A stretch of 64,000 nt of DNA from Octopus vulgaris (lineage: Eukaryota). A program made the position numbers and the translations under genes. Where the stretch lies: contig OX597820.1 in NCBI GenBank assembly GCA_951406725.2, positions 119,908,001-119,972,000 on the forward strand, given 5' to 3'. Positions 50,881 to 64,000 of the stretch are shown piece after piece (position 1 is the first letter of the stretch; every line of letters starts with the position of its first letter). The notes below the pieces were generated by a model. That model worked only from the letters and a program-made list of their open reading frames with translations. It was not told where the DNA came from and made no database searches.

Positions 50881-51689
50881 GATGCATATATAATTGCTCA
50901 ACACATACTTTTCTTGTCTCGCACATGCGCAAGCGTACACCCACTTGCGTGTATATGAATGTGCATCTGCGTGTGTTTCTATGCGTATCCGTGTGAATGT
51001 TTGATGCGTACCGCTTCTTCAAATTACACGATTAGTAACAAGCCACACCCTAGATGCTCCTTTGATATTTTATTTTTATCCAAATAATCATGTTTTGTTT
51101 TTTCTCTTATTTTTTTTCTTTTTGATTCTCAGTATTTCACCTGCTTACTCACAACTCCTCTTTCTCCTATTTGCTATTGATTATCTTTAATATTTCATAA
51201 ATGACAGGGAATTATGTGAGTAATAGCCACAAAATATGTATTACGCCATCAAACATCACTTGCACTGACAAACAGTTACGCACAGGACTAGACAACTACA
51301 CACACACACATACACCCAGTACACACAGGAAAATGCAAATCCCTCTTTAAATTTCTCCTATAATACAATGAACGCCTGGTTCATTATGAAAAAAAGGGAA
51401 ACAAAATGATTCTTATTAAATCCGATATTACACACCATTAGTTGTTACCAACTAGTAAAATGATATAACAAATAATTGAGAAATAAGCATAGAGATTTAA
51501 AAAAAAACCATTATTTCAATATCTATATCACACTATTTTTTCACACAACTTTCTATTTTATGCATGGTTTTACGAGCCTATTTATATATATGCACCAATG
51601 TATGTTTACTAAAGAAATAATGTATATATAAGCATGTGTGTTTGTATATGTGGGAGTCAGTGTCTGTGTTTGAAAGTGTAAAATTCATA

Positions 51690-52190
<501 letters not shown>

Positions 52191-52505
52191 ATTTCTAATT
52201 AATTCGCATTTTTACTAAGAAAGCCCGTTAGGTGACATATTGAAGTAAGAAATTTAAAATTTCAATGTTGTCTTATTATTTCAATATTACTTCACAAAAT
52301 TTGTAATTTGTTTTGTTACTGCTTTTACATTTCTTGATATTTTTTCTATCCTCGATACTTATTTGTAGCTATTTTTCTTCGATTACAATATAACGTTTTA
52401 AAACTTGTTCACTTGTTTTCCTTGTATTTTAATTCCTTTATGTTTATACATATTTGTAAATTTGAATATGAATATGCTTAGACATTTGTGTGAAAGCAAA
52501 ATTTC

Positions 52506-52918
52506 GGATCTTTTCGGTTTGAACGGCAGTTTTTTATGGCGGTGTCATTTGAAATTGTCACCCATAATTATGACCCTAGTATCAATCTGTTTTAGGGTTA
52601 GGGTTAGTTAGGGTTAGGGGTGGGGGAAGGGTATCTTTTTTTCTTCACAAATTTAAATAAACCCAATCTGTTTATTAAACGAGAGACATATTCATACGGC
52701 ACAGAATGTTTTTTTTTAACTCAATAGACGTCAGTGATTGGTTGAAATTGCAGAAATTGAAGAAAAAAACAACAAATATCTTACAAACTACGGACTTTTC
52801 TCAATAAACCCAAGAGAAAAACATGTTTTATAAACCCATTCTACCGGTATACGAAGTTTAAAATGTTTTAGTTACCTAGAAATTATGTTAAAAACTGCCG
52901 TTCAAACCGAAGAGATCC
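52506..52918. mobile_element. MITE (same family as 39718-40157, opposite orientation)
   Basis: TIRs GGATCTTTTCGGTTTGAACGGCAGTTTTT. TSD AAAATTTC at 52498-52505 and 52919-52926. Internal (TTAGGG)n. Confidence 0.92.
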
Positions 52919-53186
52919 AAAATTTCAAGCGTATATCATTTTTGATAGGCGTGTTCGGTCTGTGTTATGTTATCATACATTCGGATTCGATATGTGCAAG
53001 TCTAATGATAAACTGATTGAAATATAATTTAAGGAATCACAAGAAATATAATCGCATCGAAACTAAAGTGAAACGAATCAAACATATCGTTTTGCTTCAG
53101 AAAGTTTAGAAACAGCTGTTCAATGAAGGCACAGATTAGATAAAACATAAAGAGCTTGTGCTTCTGCATAAACATGTTGCTTAGAC

Positions 53187-53236
53187 GGATCTTTTCGGTT
53201 TGAACGGCAGTTTTTAATATAAATTCTAGGTAACTA
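53187..53236. mobile_element. Isolated terminus of the same MITE family
   Basis: GGATCTTTTCGGTTTGAACGGCAGTTTTTAATATAAATTCTAGGTAACTA. Confidence 0.8.
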
Positions 53237-53419
53237 TAGGAAAGCAGGTGTGGACTGTTTAAGCCTTGGTTGGTAACTCACCTAATGATGATTTCACGAT
53301 AAATAAAAATACTGAGGATTGTACACGCTTATAAATATTACCTGAAAATATGTGATTCCATATTCAAGTAATAATAACTACATTAACGAGACCGGGACTG
53401 CTAATAGTGAAGGTGTCAC

Positions 53420-55900
53420 GCACGCCAAGCAAAGTTTGACTGATCAATCACCGGCCGGTCGTCATTAAGACATTGATCAGGATGGGGATCGGAGTCAAAA
53501 TGCAGTGGGGGAAAAATGAAATGAGAGAACGTGGCAAACAAGATTTCGATTGAATTGTGAGCCAGATAAAAGAGGTTTTCTGAAACGTATGAAGAAAATA
53601 TGGGATGAAAAGAGAGTCTTTGAAAAATCCCGCACAATAATTGATATGCCAGGCATGGCCAATTTGTATAAATGATTGGATTCCAGGATTAGAGATTTAA
53701 GAAATTCAGTGATGAACAAAATATGAAGTGTTTGAAAGAGCAGTAGCAGTAAGTGATAATGAAGGAGTAAGAGAGAAAGAAAATAAAAACGAAGAAAATT
53801 ATGTTGTTCCTGAGAATGATAGTGAACTAAACAGTGAAGGTAATTGAGCTGGACAAGTGACAATAAATGTTGAACAAAACTTGAACGATAAAAAGAAGAT
53901 TGTAGAAATGCTACGAAGTAAAGGTTGAGTGTGAACAATGAAATGCTAACAAATGTACAGAGGTAAAATGAAGAGAGCTTCTGGCAAATTAAATGGAGAT
54001 TTGAGCTTGGTTAAAACAGAATCTTAGTGAAACAAAGCAGCCAATCATAGCTGCTGCTAATATTGTAATTAACATAATATGATAGAAATGAAAGGCTCTT
54101 GAAGAAAAGAAGAGAAATAAAGGCAAGTGCTAAACTGGAAGAAGAGAATATGAATGAAGTTGAAAAAGATACTGAAAGAATTAAGGGGAAATTAAATATA
54201 ATAATGAGAACTCAGGAATGAGATGTTAACCAGAAAGTAGAACGGACAGAATAGGTTAGAGGAAAGGCGAAAACAAACTATACATGAATAATTGCCGCAA
54301 TCTTTGACGCCGTTTGAGGCAAAATTGAACAGATATGAAACCAGAGTAGATTGTTTCAATCAAACAGAAGGCGTCGTTTTAGAGTGACAATGGGGTAACA
54401 ACGTCAGCGAATGATTCCTGATACGGAAGAAAGTAGAGTGTGTTGGGGAGAACTTTGGAACAGGCCAGTGAGATATAAAGATATTGCAGAGCGTCTAACA
54501 TAGTAATCTTCCTATTCTAACAAGGCAAATGGACATCAGTATTGATCTGCATTCAGTGAGAGTAGAGTTAAAATAATACCAAATTGGAGGAAAAAAAAAC
54601 TGGCTCGGATGGATTACAAAGTTATTGACTGAAGAATTTAAACAGTTGCATAAAAGGCTCTCTGTACATCTAGATGGATCCCTGCAGCAGGGACACGTCC
54701 ATACCTGGATGGCATATGGAAGAACGTTGACATATCTCAAGAAGCCCTTGAAGCATAAGCTAGTGTGAAATATTCGATCTATGATCCATTTACCAATTAT
54801 GTGGAACCTTATGACCAGCCTCTTGGTGGATTAATTATAAGATTCTCTGGAAATTAACAATCTATTTCCAGAAGGGATGAAGGTAGCAAATTATGGCAAT
54901 TAAAGACCAGTTACTGGTTGAAAAACGATCATTAGAAATTATAGATGGCGATTGATGAAATTGAATGCACCATAGTTTTGATAACAGAAAAAGCATATGG
55001 TGTGGTACAGACAGTTCGATAAATGAAACAATGACCACGTTTGGAGTGGCAGATAATATAAAGAAAAGGTTAAATGAAGCTATGAGGCATTGGAATACTG
55101 AATTGATTAAAGGAAAACAATGACTTGGGAAGGCGGACATTAGAATTAGTATATACAAATATTACTATTTGTATTGACCATGGTATCACTTAGTTTGGTA
55201 TTACGGAAAGTTAGATAACCTTTGATTTGGGAAAAGGATATGGTAAGATAAATCATCTTTTTTGTATGATATAAAGTTTTATGCGAATAAATGAGAAGCA
55301 GATTGGAAGTCTTATGCATACACTTCGTAGTTTCTCAGATGATTTTCCTAGCAAATTTGAGATTGAAAAGTCCGCTGTATTGATAAGGAGAGGAGGATGA
55401 TTTGAAGTGAGGCGGGGAATTTGAAGTGCCAAATGGGGAATCAATGAAATCAGTTGAGAAAGAACGGTGGTACAAGAATTTGGGAATATTGGTGGTAGAT
55501 GAAATAAAACATGAAAAGTTGAAGCAAATTACCAGTCGAGAGTATACAAGAAGAGTTAGGAAAATATTGCAACCAAAGTTGAATGCCAAAACAGTTATTG
55601 GAGCTTACAGATATGTAGCTAGAATCGTAGATTGGACAAAGAGCTACATACTCCATTTGACAAAAACTACAAAATTGTTGATGATATATATGGACCCTAA
55701 CGTTCGAAAGCGGATATCAGCAGGGTGTATTTGAAGAGGGGTCAGGGTGGGAAAGTATGTGTGGATGTGAAGAAAAGCAGCAAGAATATTTACCAAAAGA
55801 GTACAGAGAATAAAGAACAGGTGATCAAGTGTGCATTAAAAGAAAGGGACAAGAATGAAATTCAAAGAGTGAATGCTGAAGAGATTGAAGAGAAACCCTA
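53420..55900 (+). mobile_element. Old, heavily decayed RLE-type (R4/Dong-like) LINE
   Basis: CEPDKRGFLKRMKKIWDEK N-terminus, KDQLLVEK, INHL-(YMDD-like), EIEKSAVLI, WYKNLGIL...EYTRRVRKILQPKLNAK. Many stops and frameshifts. Confidence 0.7.
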
Positions 55901-56029
55901 ACCCTTACCCTAATTTTGAAAAGCAACTGAGAATGTATGTTGAAGAAAGATCTGGGCTTGGGTGGGGAAAGTGCAATTGGAAATGAAAACAGAGCAGCAG
56001 AATATCAAACGTTGAAAGTGCTCCATTCG

Positions 56030-56200
56030 TCGACGACAGTTGCGTGCAGAAGTGCCGATGTTTCACTGTAGAATGAACCCACGGACGAAGGTGGCCTAGG
56101 AAGGCGTGGGATGAGGTAGTGAAATATGAATTTTGGCCGGTGAATATCATGGAGCCAATGACAAATGAGTGAAACTGTTGGCAATCTGCTGTGCTTGTTT
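56030..56200 (+). mobile_element. RTE LINE C-terminal fragment
   Basis: DDSCVQKCRCFTVE*THGRRWPRKAWDEVVK...MTNE*NCWQSAVL. Confidence 0.65.
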
Positions 56201-57131
56201 TCTTTATACCGTATATCTGGTTGCTTTGCGTTCTTGTCCCATTTTGTATTATATATATATTGGTAAATATATATATATTTTTTATTTATTATTTTTATTT
56301 CTTTTATTGTAACAAATTTATACTAAATGTTTTAAGCGTAAATTCAAGGTGTTATATGCAAAATCTATATTTTTATATGATATATCTATATATTACTAAA
56401 TTTTTAAATTTTTAAACGTCGGGCTTTATAGATATAAATGAATATATGAATATATGTATGTGTTTGATCTTTCTCTCTCTCTCTCTCTGTATGTATATAT
56501 ATATATATATATACACATATATATATATATATATACATATATATAAACATATGTATAATTTTGTATCTAATAGCTTACTTCGTACCGTCAAAAATGACAG
56601 CTAATTGTAGTATTTTATATATAAAAATGGTATAAGAAGTTGAAAAAATATAAAAAGGTGCTTCAACTGTGTGCGTGTGCGCGCCCGCGTGCGTGTTTGT
56701 CTGTAAATATATTTTCCATGTATATTTCTAAATAAACATGCTCAATCACATATACACTCACTCAAATATATAAACTTATTTTGCACAAACACACACAGAC
56801 ATACACACTCACATTTCTCCCTTTTACACGCACACAGTTGAATGGCTGTTTCATTCTTGTTTCATCGTTGACCTTTCACCATTCCACTTCCAGCCGTGGC
56901 TACACCATCCTTTCACATTCATGTGTTGTGACGGAGAAACACAGACGAGTATTATCATAGTTCGATATTTAAGACATGAGGAATTATGTACTTTATTTAC
57001 ATTATTTACATTTGAGGGATATTTGTCCTCATCTTGTTTGTTGTTATAACCACTCCGTCCTATGCCCACGGACATATGACGTGATGGTTATTAGCAATGG
57101 CTACTAACCCCAATATTCCGAGTTCGATTTC

Positions 57132-57165
57132 AATAATAATAATAATAATAATAATAATGATGATG

Positions 57166-57202
<37 letters not shown>

Positions 57203-57207
57203 TGATG

Positions 57208-57280
<73 letters not shown>

Positions 57281-57282
57281 TG

Positions 57283-57317
<35 letters not shown>
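57132..57317. repeat. (TAA)n microsatellite
   Basis: Direct reading. Forms the 5' flank of the Dong fragment. Confidence 0.95.
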
Positions 57318-57318
<1 letters not shown>

Positions 57319-58940
57319 GATTTAAAACACTATTAAAGACAGTTCATGGATTTACCAAAGAAATAGATATGAAATTTGGATTAGAAAAATGCGCCAAAGT
57401 AACCATGAAAAGAGGAAGACTAGTTAAGAGTAACAACATCACACTAGATAAAACCAATGAAATAAAAGAATTAGACCAAAGCCAAACTTACAAATACTTA
57501 GGAATCCATGAACTAGATAAGACACAACGCACACAAATAAAAGAGAAAATAAAAAAAGAATATTATAGATGAGTTAGATCAATACTAAAAACAGAGCTGA
57601 ATGCTAAAAACAAGATAATAGGTATCAACACTTTAGCTGTCCCAGTTATAAGTTACAGCTACAATATCCTTAACTGGACACGAAATGAACTGTCCAAAAT
57701 AGATAGGAAAACAAGAAAAATACTGACAGGATCTAGGATGCATCACCCAAAATCTGACATAGAAAGACTATATATACAACGTATAGAAGGTGGTAGAGGC
57801 CTTATACAGCTGGAAAACAACTATAACATAACCACCATAGGACTGCAAAAATACCTACTTCAGAAGGAAGGAAAACTGATCCAGATAGCAGCAAAACACG
57901 AGGAAAACAAAAAACTGTTCTCAGTATTTAAGGAAGCTGACAAATACAAACAAGAAATCATACCACCTAATAAACACAAAGAAGAAGAAGAAGATGATGA
58001 AGAAACAACAAAAGCTATAAAACAAATGAAATCCAAACTAAAAATAGAACAGCAACGAGCCATGATAAAACGATGGCAAGAAAAGCCCCTTCATGGTAAA
58101 TACTGCATTAAACTAAACTAAATGCAAAAGAAATAGACAAAGAAAAATCCCAGCAATGGTTGAGAAGCTCAGGACTCAAAGCAGAAACAGAGAGATTTTT
58201 AATTGCAGCACAAGACCAAAGCCTCCCCACCAGAAATTACCAAAAACATGTAATGAAAAGAAATATTACAAGTAACTGCAGAATATGTGGAGATGGACAA
58301 GAAACAATAAATCATATTATCTCTAGCTGCCCAGTCCTGGCTAAGAAGGAATATATTCACAGACATGACAGAGTTGGAACCTACATACATTGGAAGCTAT
58401 GCCAACATTATGGAATAACAACAGAAAAAAGATGGTATAGGCACACACCAGAAAAGGTCACAGAAAACGAGAAAGACACCATACTCTGGGATATGCCGAT
58501 ACACACAGATAGAGAAATTAAGGCCAACAGACCAGATATAGTTGTCAGAGATCATGAAGAAAGAAAATGCTTTCTAATTGATGTATCAATACCGGCAGAT
58601 GACAACGTGTCTCTAAAAGAAATGGAGAAACTCTCAAAATACAAAGACCTGGAAATAGAGGTAACTAGAATGTGGAACCTGAAAACAGAAACAATTCCTA
58701 TCATAGTAGGCGCATTAGGCATGATAAAAAAATATTCAGACAAATACATAACAAAAACACCAGGACTTACAAACACATATAACATACAGAAAATTGCACT
58801 ACTATGCACTGCACACATCCTACGCAGAACACTTTCCATACAATAACCATCAGAGCATCACAACAAATCACAGCACATACCCAAGGCACACAGAGCTGCG
58901 CTCGGTAGTGAAGTGAAAGCACGCTATAAAAATAAAACTA

Positions 58941-58944
<4 letters not shown>
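57318..58944 (+). mobile_element. 5'-truncated R4/Dong LINE (RT C-terminal part, CCHC, RLE, 3' UTR) inserted in (TAA)n
   Basis: MKFGLEKCAK, YKYLG, MHHPKSDIERLY, AAQDQSL, CRICGDGQETINHIISSC, RHD, RPDI...IDVSIP...EKLSKY. Stop at 58846, premature TGA near 57570, frameshift near 58115. (TAA)n on both sides. Confidence 0.93.
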
Positions 58945-58975
<31 letters not shown>

Positions 58976-58983
58976 TGATAATG

Positions 58984-59048
<65 letters not shown>

Positions 59049-59049
59049 G

Positions 59050-59537
<488 letters not shown>

Positions 59538-59795
59538 TAATTCGTTTATTGGCCACAAGGGCTGAGAAGAATTAATTAAAACATAAAGGGACAAAACACA
59601 GTACGAAAGTTACAAAAGGCTTTGTCCGTTTTCAAAAAAAAAACGTGTAAAAATTCCAGAGATAAGAACGAAAATATAACAATTGAAATTCCCAATAGGG
59701 GGAGGCGCTTCGAAAGGTTACTCGTGGAAAAACCCATAAAATCCACGGGAGCCTGGTCAAAAGGGGGGTAGAGAGCCCCTTTCTCCTTTTCATCG
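59538..59795 (-). mobile_element. Tx1-like LINE 3' UTR ending in (TTA)n
   Basis: Minus strand ends CAGCCCTTGTGGCCAATAAACGAATTAG(TTA)n, the same terminal motif as 26250-26275. Confidence 0.55.
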
Positions 59796-59840
59796 AAAAA
59801 TACCTTAGGAATGAGAACCCAGGTTCGAAATTTCCCCAAG

Positions 59841-59880
59841 ACACCTAATGAAAGCTGGAGGGTATACCAGCCGAAATGTT
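59841..59880 (+). ncRNA. Inactivated minimal hammerhead motif in a Penelope-like repeat fragment
   Basis: ACAC-CTAATGA(G5A)-AAGCTGG AGGGTATA CCAGCC-GAAA-TGTT. Downstream sequence also occurs inverted at ~57005-57050. Confidence 0.4.
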
Positions 59881-60105
59881 AACAACAAACAATACGAAGA
59901 CAAATATCGGTCAAATATAAGAGTATTATTATAGTAGATTATTATAGTAGAAGATACACGACACTGTTTTTGCCTCTTCCTCTCTCTCATTGCTATTATT
60001 CCTCTCAGTCCCTCTCAGATTGGCTATTATTCTCACTACGTCTCCTTCACTGTATTACTATTTCCTCTCCTCTCACTTCACCATTCACGCCTACTACATG
60101 ATTTT

Positions 60106-60508
60106 GGAGAAGAGTGGCTGTGCGGTAAGTAGCTTGCTTACCAACCACATGGTTCAGGGATCAGTCCCACTACGTGAAACCTTGGGCAAGTGCCTTCTTC
60201 TATAGTCCCGGGCTGACCAAAGCCTTGTGAGTGGATTTGGTAGATAGAAACTGAAAGAAACCCGTCGTATATATGTATATATATGTATATGTGTGTATGT
60301 GTTTGTGTGCCTGTGTTTGTCCTCCCAACATCGCTTGACAATCGATGCTGGTGTGTTTACGTCCCCGTAACTTAGCGGTTCGGCAAAAGAGACCGATAGA
60401 ATAAGTACTAGGTTTACAAAGAATAAGACGTGGGTCGATTTTCTCGACTAAAGGTGGTGCTCCAGCATGGCTACAGTCAAATGACAGAAACAATTAAAAG
60501 ATTAAAAG
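60106..60508 (+). mobile_element. SINE family A
   Basis: Head GAGTGGCTGTGCGGTAAGTAGC, CORE-like ACCTTGGGCAAGTG, family tail. Confidence 0.9.
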
Positions 60509-61041
60509 TGTATATACCCAAATATATAAAAACACTATGCTCATTATTATATTAGGAGATGAGAAAACGGACATATAATATAAATACATACAAACATATG
60601 CATACATACATACATATGTGTGTATGTGTGTGTGTGTGTGTGAGCGTGTGTATCCTTTTTTTTTTCATACACATACGTCTATTAACAAAGATATGTTCTG
60701 AATCGTAATGGCACAGGGGGGAAATGACAACATAACCTTTATTCAACGAGATTATCGAACGTTTAAAGATATCCTCACCGAAGCCGAAGCTCGGTTATTA
60801 ACATTTTAGATTATTAAATTTTCTTTCTATAAACTCATATTTTTTGTACCTTCCAAGCCGATTCTCTGCTTCTAAATCTCACTTTCTTTAGCATTTGAGT
60901 TAAGGACCACCAAATTTAAATTAACACTTATTTTCAATTTATGTATCGAAACCATCTTCATGGAAAACCGTAATAATATTATTGTTATCAAACATTAATG
61001 GCGGGTTCATAAAATAACTGTAACAGAAATTGCTAAACTAA

Positions 61042-61425
<384 letters not shown>

Positions 61426-61967
61426 GATGTTGTTTTTGTTGTTGTTATTATTTCAATAACGTATTTTGCTCAGCACATATTTAATTCTGGTTAGTGTTTT
61501 AATGCTCTCTACAGTAAATATGTTGGCACTAGCTCGACTATAATATTTTCAAAGGTGATATTCCCCTAATTTGAAAATAAATAGTGCATGGCATTATTTT
61601 GTTAAAACGTGTAACAAACTATTATGCTATTCAACCGAGAGACGTAAATAAAAAGAAATGAAAATTAAGGTAAACATTAACAGCGCTGTTAGAAGCAAAT
61701 ATTAACAGACTCTATCAATGGTGGTAGCTTAAAAAAATTATGCTGAGACTTTAATATGAGATGAAAAGTCAGTGTTCAATATGTTATCTGATTCCTGCTA
61801 AGTGAAGAGTACGGTTTCGTAAACGTTCTCTGATATTACACTGCATCGATGAACACAAAGTCGTCTCTTACACATGTACTTCTACTCATTTGCGGTTATC
61901 TATCTATCTACTTGCATGTCTCTCTCTCTCTCTCTCTCTATCTATATATATATATATATATATATGA

Positions 61968-62343
61968 GCGGAGGCGCAATGGACCAATGGTTAGGGCAGC
62001 GGACTCGCCGTCATAGGATCGCGGTTTCTATTCCGAGACCGGGAAGTGTGGGTGTTTATTGAACGAAAACACCTAAAGCTACATGAGGCTCCGGCAGGGA
62101 GTGGTGGTGAATCCTGCTGACCTCTTTCACCACAACTCTCTATCTCTCTCACTCTTTCTTCCTCTTTCTGTTGTACCTGTACTTCAAAGGGCCAGCCTTG
62201 TCACTCTCTGTGTCACGCTGAATCTACCCGTTAAAGGTACACGTGTCTGTGGCGTGCTCAGCGACTTACACATTAAGTTCACGAGGAGGCTGCTCCGTTG
62301 TTCGGATCAACTTGAACCCACGTCGTCGTAACTGAGAGTGCCA
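61968..62343 (+). mobile_element. SINE family B (same tail as 5508-5890)
   Basis: Head, body and tail align with 5508-5890. Confidence 0.88.
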
Positions 62344-62351
62344 CTATATAC

Positions 62352-62537
<186 letters not shown>

Positions 62538-63585
62538 TATGCATATAGGTATGTTTATATATATGTGTGAATATGAGTGTGTGTGTATGTGTGAGAGAGT
62601 GTGTGTATGTGTGAGTATTTATACAGATACACTCATATGTGTGTGTTGGCTGGGTAGGTGTCTAGTATTTCCAGAATACTTCCCAAAGCACATTTTAAAT
62701 TCTAGTCAGAGTGACATACATTCGATAAACGACACAATTATAACTACGATACAGTAACACTCGCAAACACCTTTATAATCTGAACTTTCACTCGGAAATT
62801 ATGGCAAACCAGAACTTCTACTTGAACTGTTAGAAATAACATGCTTAAATGTAATAAATTTGCTTCAACATAGAAGAAAAAAAGGCTTCAAAAATATTGA
62901 GCATGTAAATATTTGGATTTAGATTAAAGTCAAGATGGATCAATACTAATAATAATGCAGACCGATATGAGATTAACAGCGCTGCTAAAATCCGTGGTTG
63001 AGTAGCTCCGAGTCATGTATCGTCCTAATGCCAAAGACGCTGGGGCAATAACTGCTCTTTTATTTCTTCTTTTCTATCATCAAAATCTAGAGCTAAAATT
63101 TCTATTATAGAATAGAGAACATGACAAATATATTCCATGTCTAAAGGAAACACGTAAAATTGATACGCAGAATTTCAGACACAGTCACAACTGGGTTGCC
63201 AGGAACCAACTAGGCTTTTTATTGATAATATTTTTTCTATAATAATTACTTTTTAATATATTGAAGGAAATAGAGTTGATAGAAGCAGCCCACATTACCA
63301 TGAAATGAAGCACTGACGTCTTTTAAATAAATGAGAAGAACTTGAATTTGGCAAATTCCTGAGAAAAGTCGTAAACACAAATATGTATACGAAAAATACA
63401 AAACCGGAAAAGTATTAGTGTCACTGCTAGAGATTAACCCAATCTGTGTGTCTAAATATGCATATACTGTGTATCGCCAAGAAAACCTACTCTGTCCGAA
63501 ACACAAACTTTAAACGAGACTCTGCAAGGAACTTTGGTTGGCGAACGCCACAAGACTATGAATGCTTAAACAAATCGCATACAAG

Positions 63586-63809
63586 CTTTACTCTCTTTTA
63601 CTCTTTTACTTGTTTCAGTCATTTGACTGCGGCCATGCTGGAGCACCGCCTTTAGTCGAGTAATTCGACCCCGGGACTTATTCTTTGTAAGCCCAGTACT
63701 TATTCTATAGGTCTCTTTTGCCGAACCGCTAAGATACGGGGACGTAAACACACCAGCATCGGTTGTCAAGCGATGTTGGGGGGACAAACACAGACACACA
63801 AACACACAT

Positions 63810-63862
<53 letters not shown>

Positions 63863-64000
63863 TACGACAGATTTCTTTCAGTTTCCGTCTACCAAATCCA
63901 CTCACAAGGCATTGGTCGCCCCGGGGCTATAGTAGAAGACACTTGCCCAAGATGCCACGCAGTGGGACTGAACCCAGAACCATGTGGTTAGTTAGCAAGC
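63586..64000 (-). mobile_element. SINE family A (head runs off the window)
   Basis: Reverse-complement match to 9662-10083 and 60106-60508. Confidence 0.9.

Overview
AT-rich, repeat-saturated animal DNA with no host protein-coding exon that I can identify. It is probably intronic or intergenic. The repeat repertoire (tRNA-headed SINEs with internal microsatellites, RTE, Tx1 and R4/Dong LINE relics, very dense (TA)n/(TAA)n/(TATG)n tracts) suggests an octopus or other coleoid cephalopod; that is inference from recall, not a database result. The only real coding remnants are retrotransposon-derived. They are a near-full-length but broken R4/Dong-type LINE (12.5-15.8 kb, minus), about eight further R4/Dong fragments nearly all abutting (TAA)n, and L1/Tx1, RTE and CR1 fragments. 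There are also four SINE families, hAT, piggyBac and 8-bp-TSD MITEs, a Helitron, several long inverted repeats and a 1031-bp tandem duplication. Most notable: (i) a SINE family present as single-head, 184-185-nt head-to-tail multimers inside one TSD, whose tail resembles a Tx1 LINE tail; (ii) a type I hammerhead ribozyme with an intact core and an extended stem II at 34028-34115, plus several decayed ones; (iii) two unrelated LINE clades and a non-coding element all clustered at (TAA)n; (iv) a PHD-like finger inside an RTE reverse transcriptase. Most ORFs in the supplied track are microsatellite artefacts.
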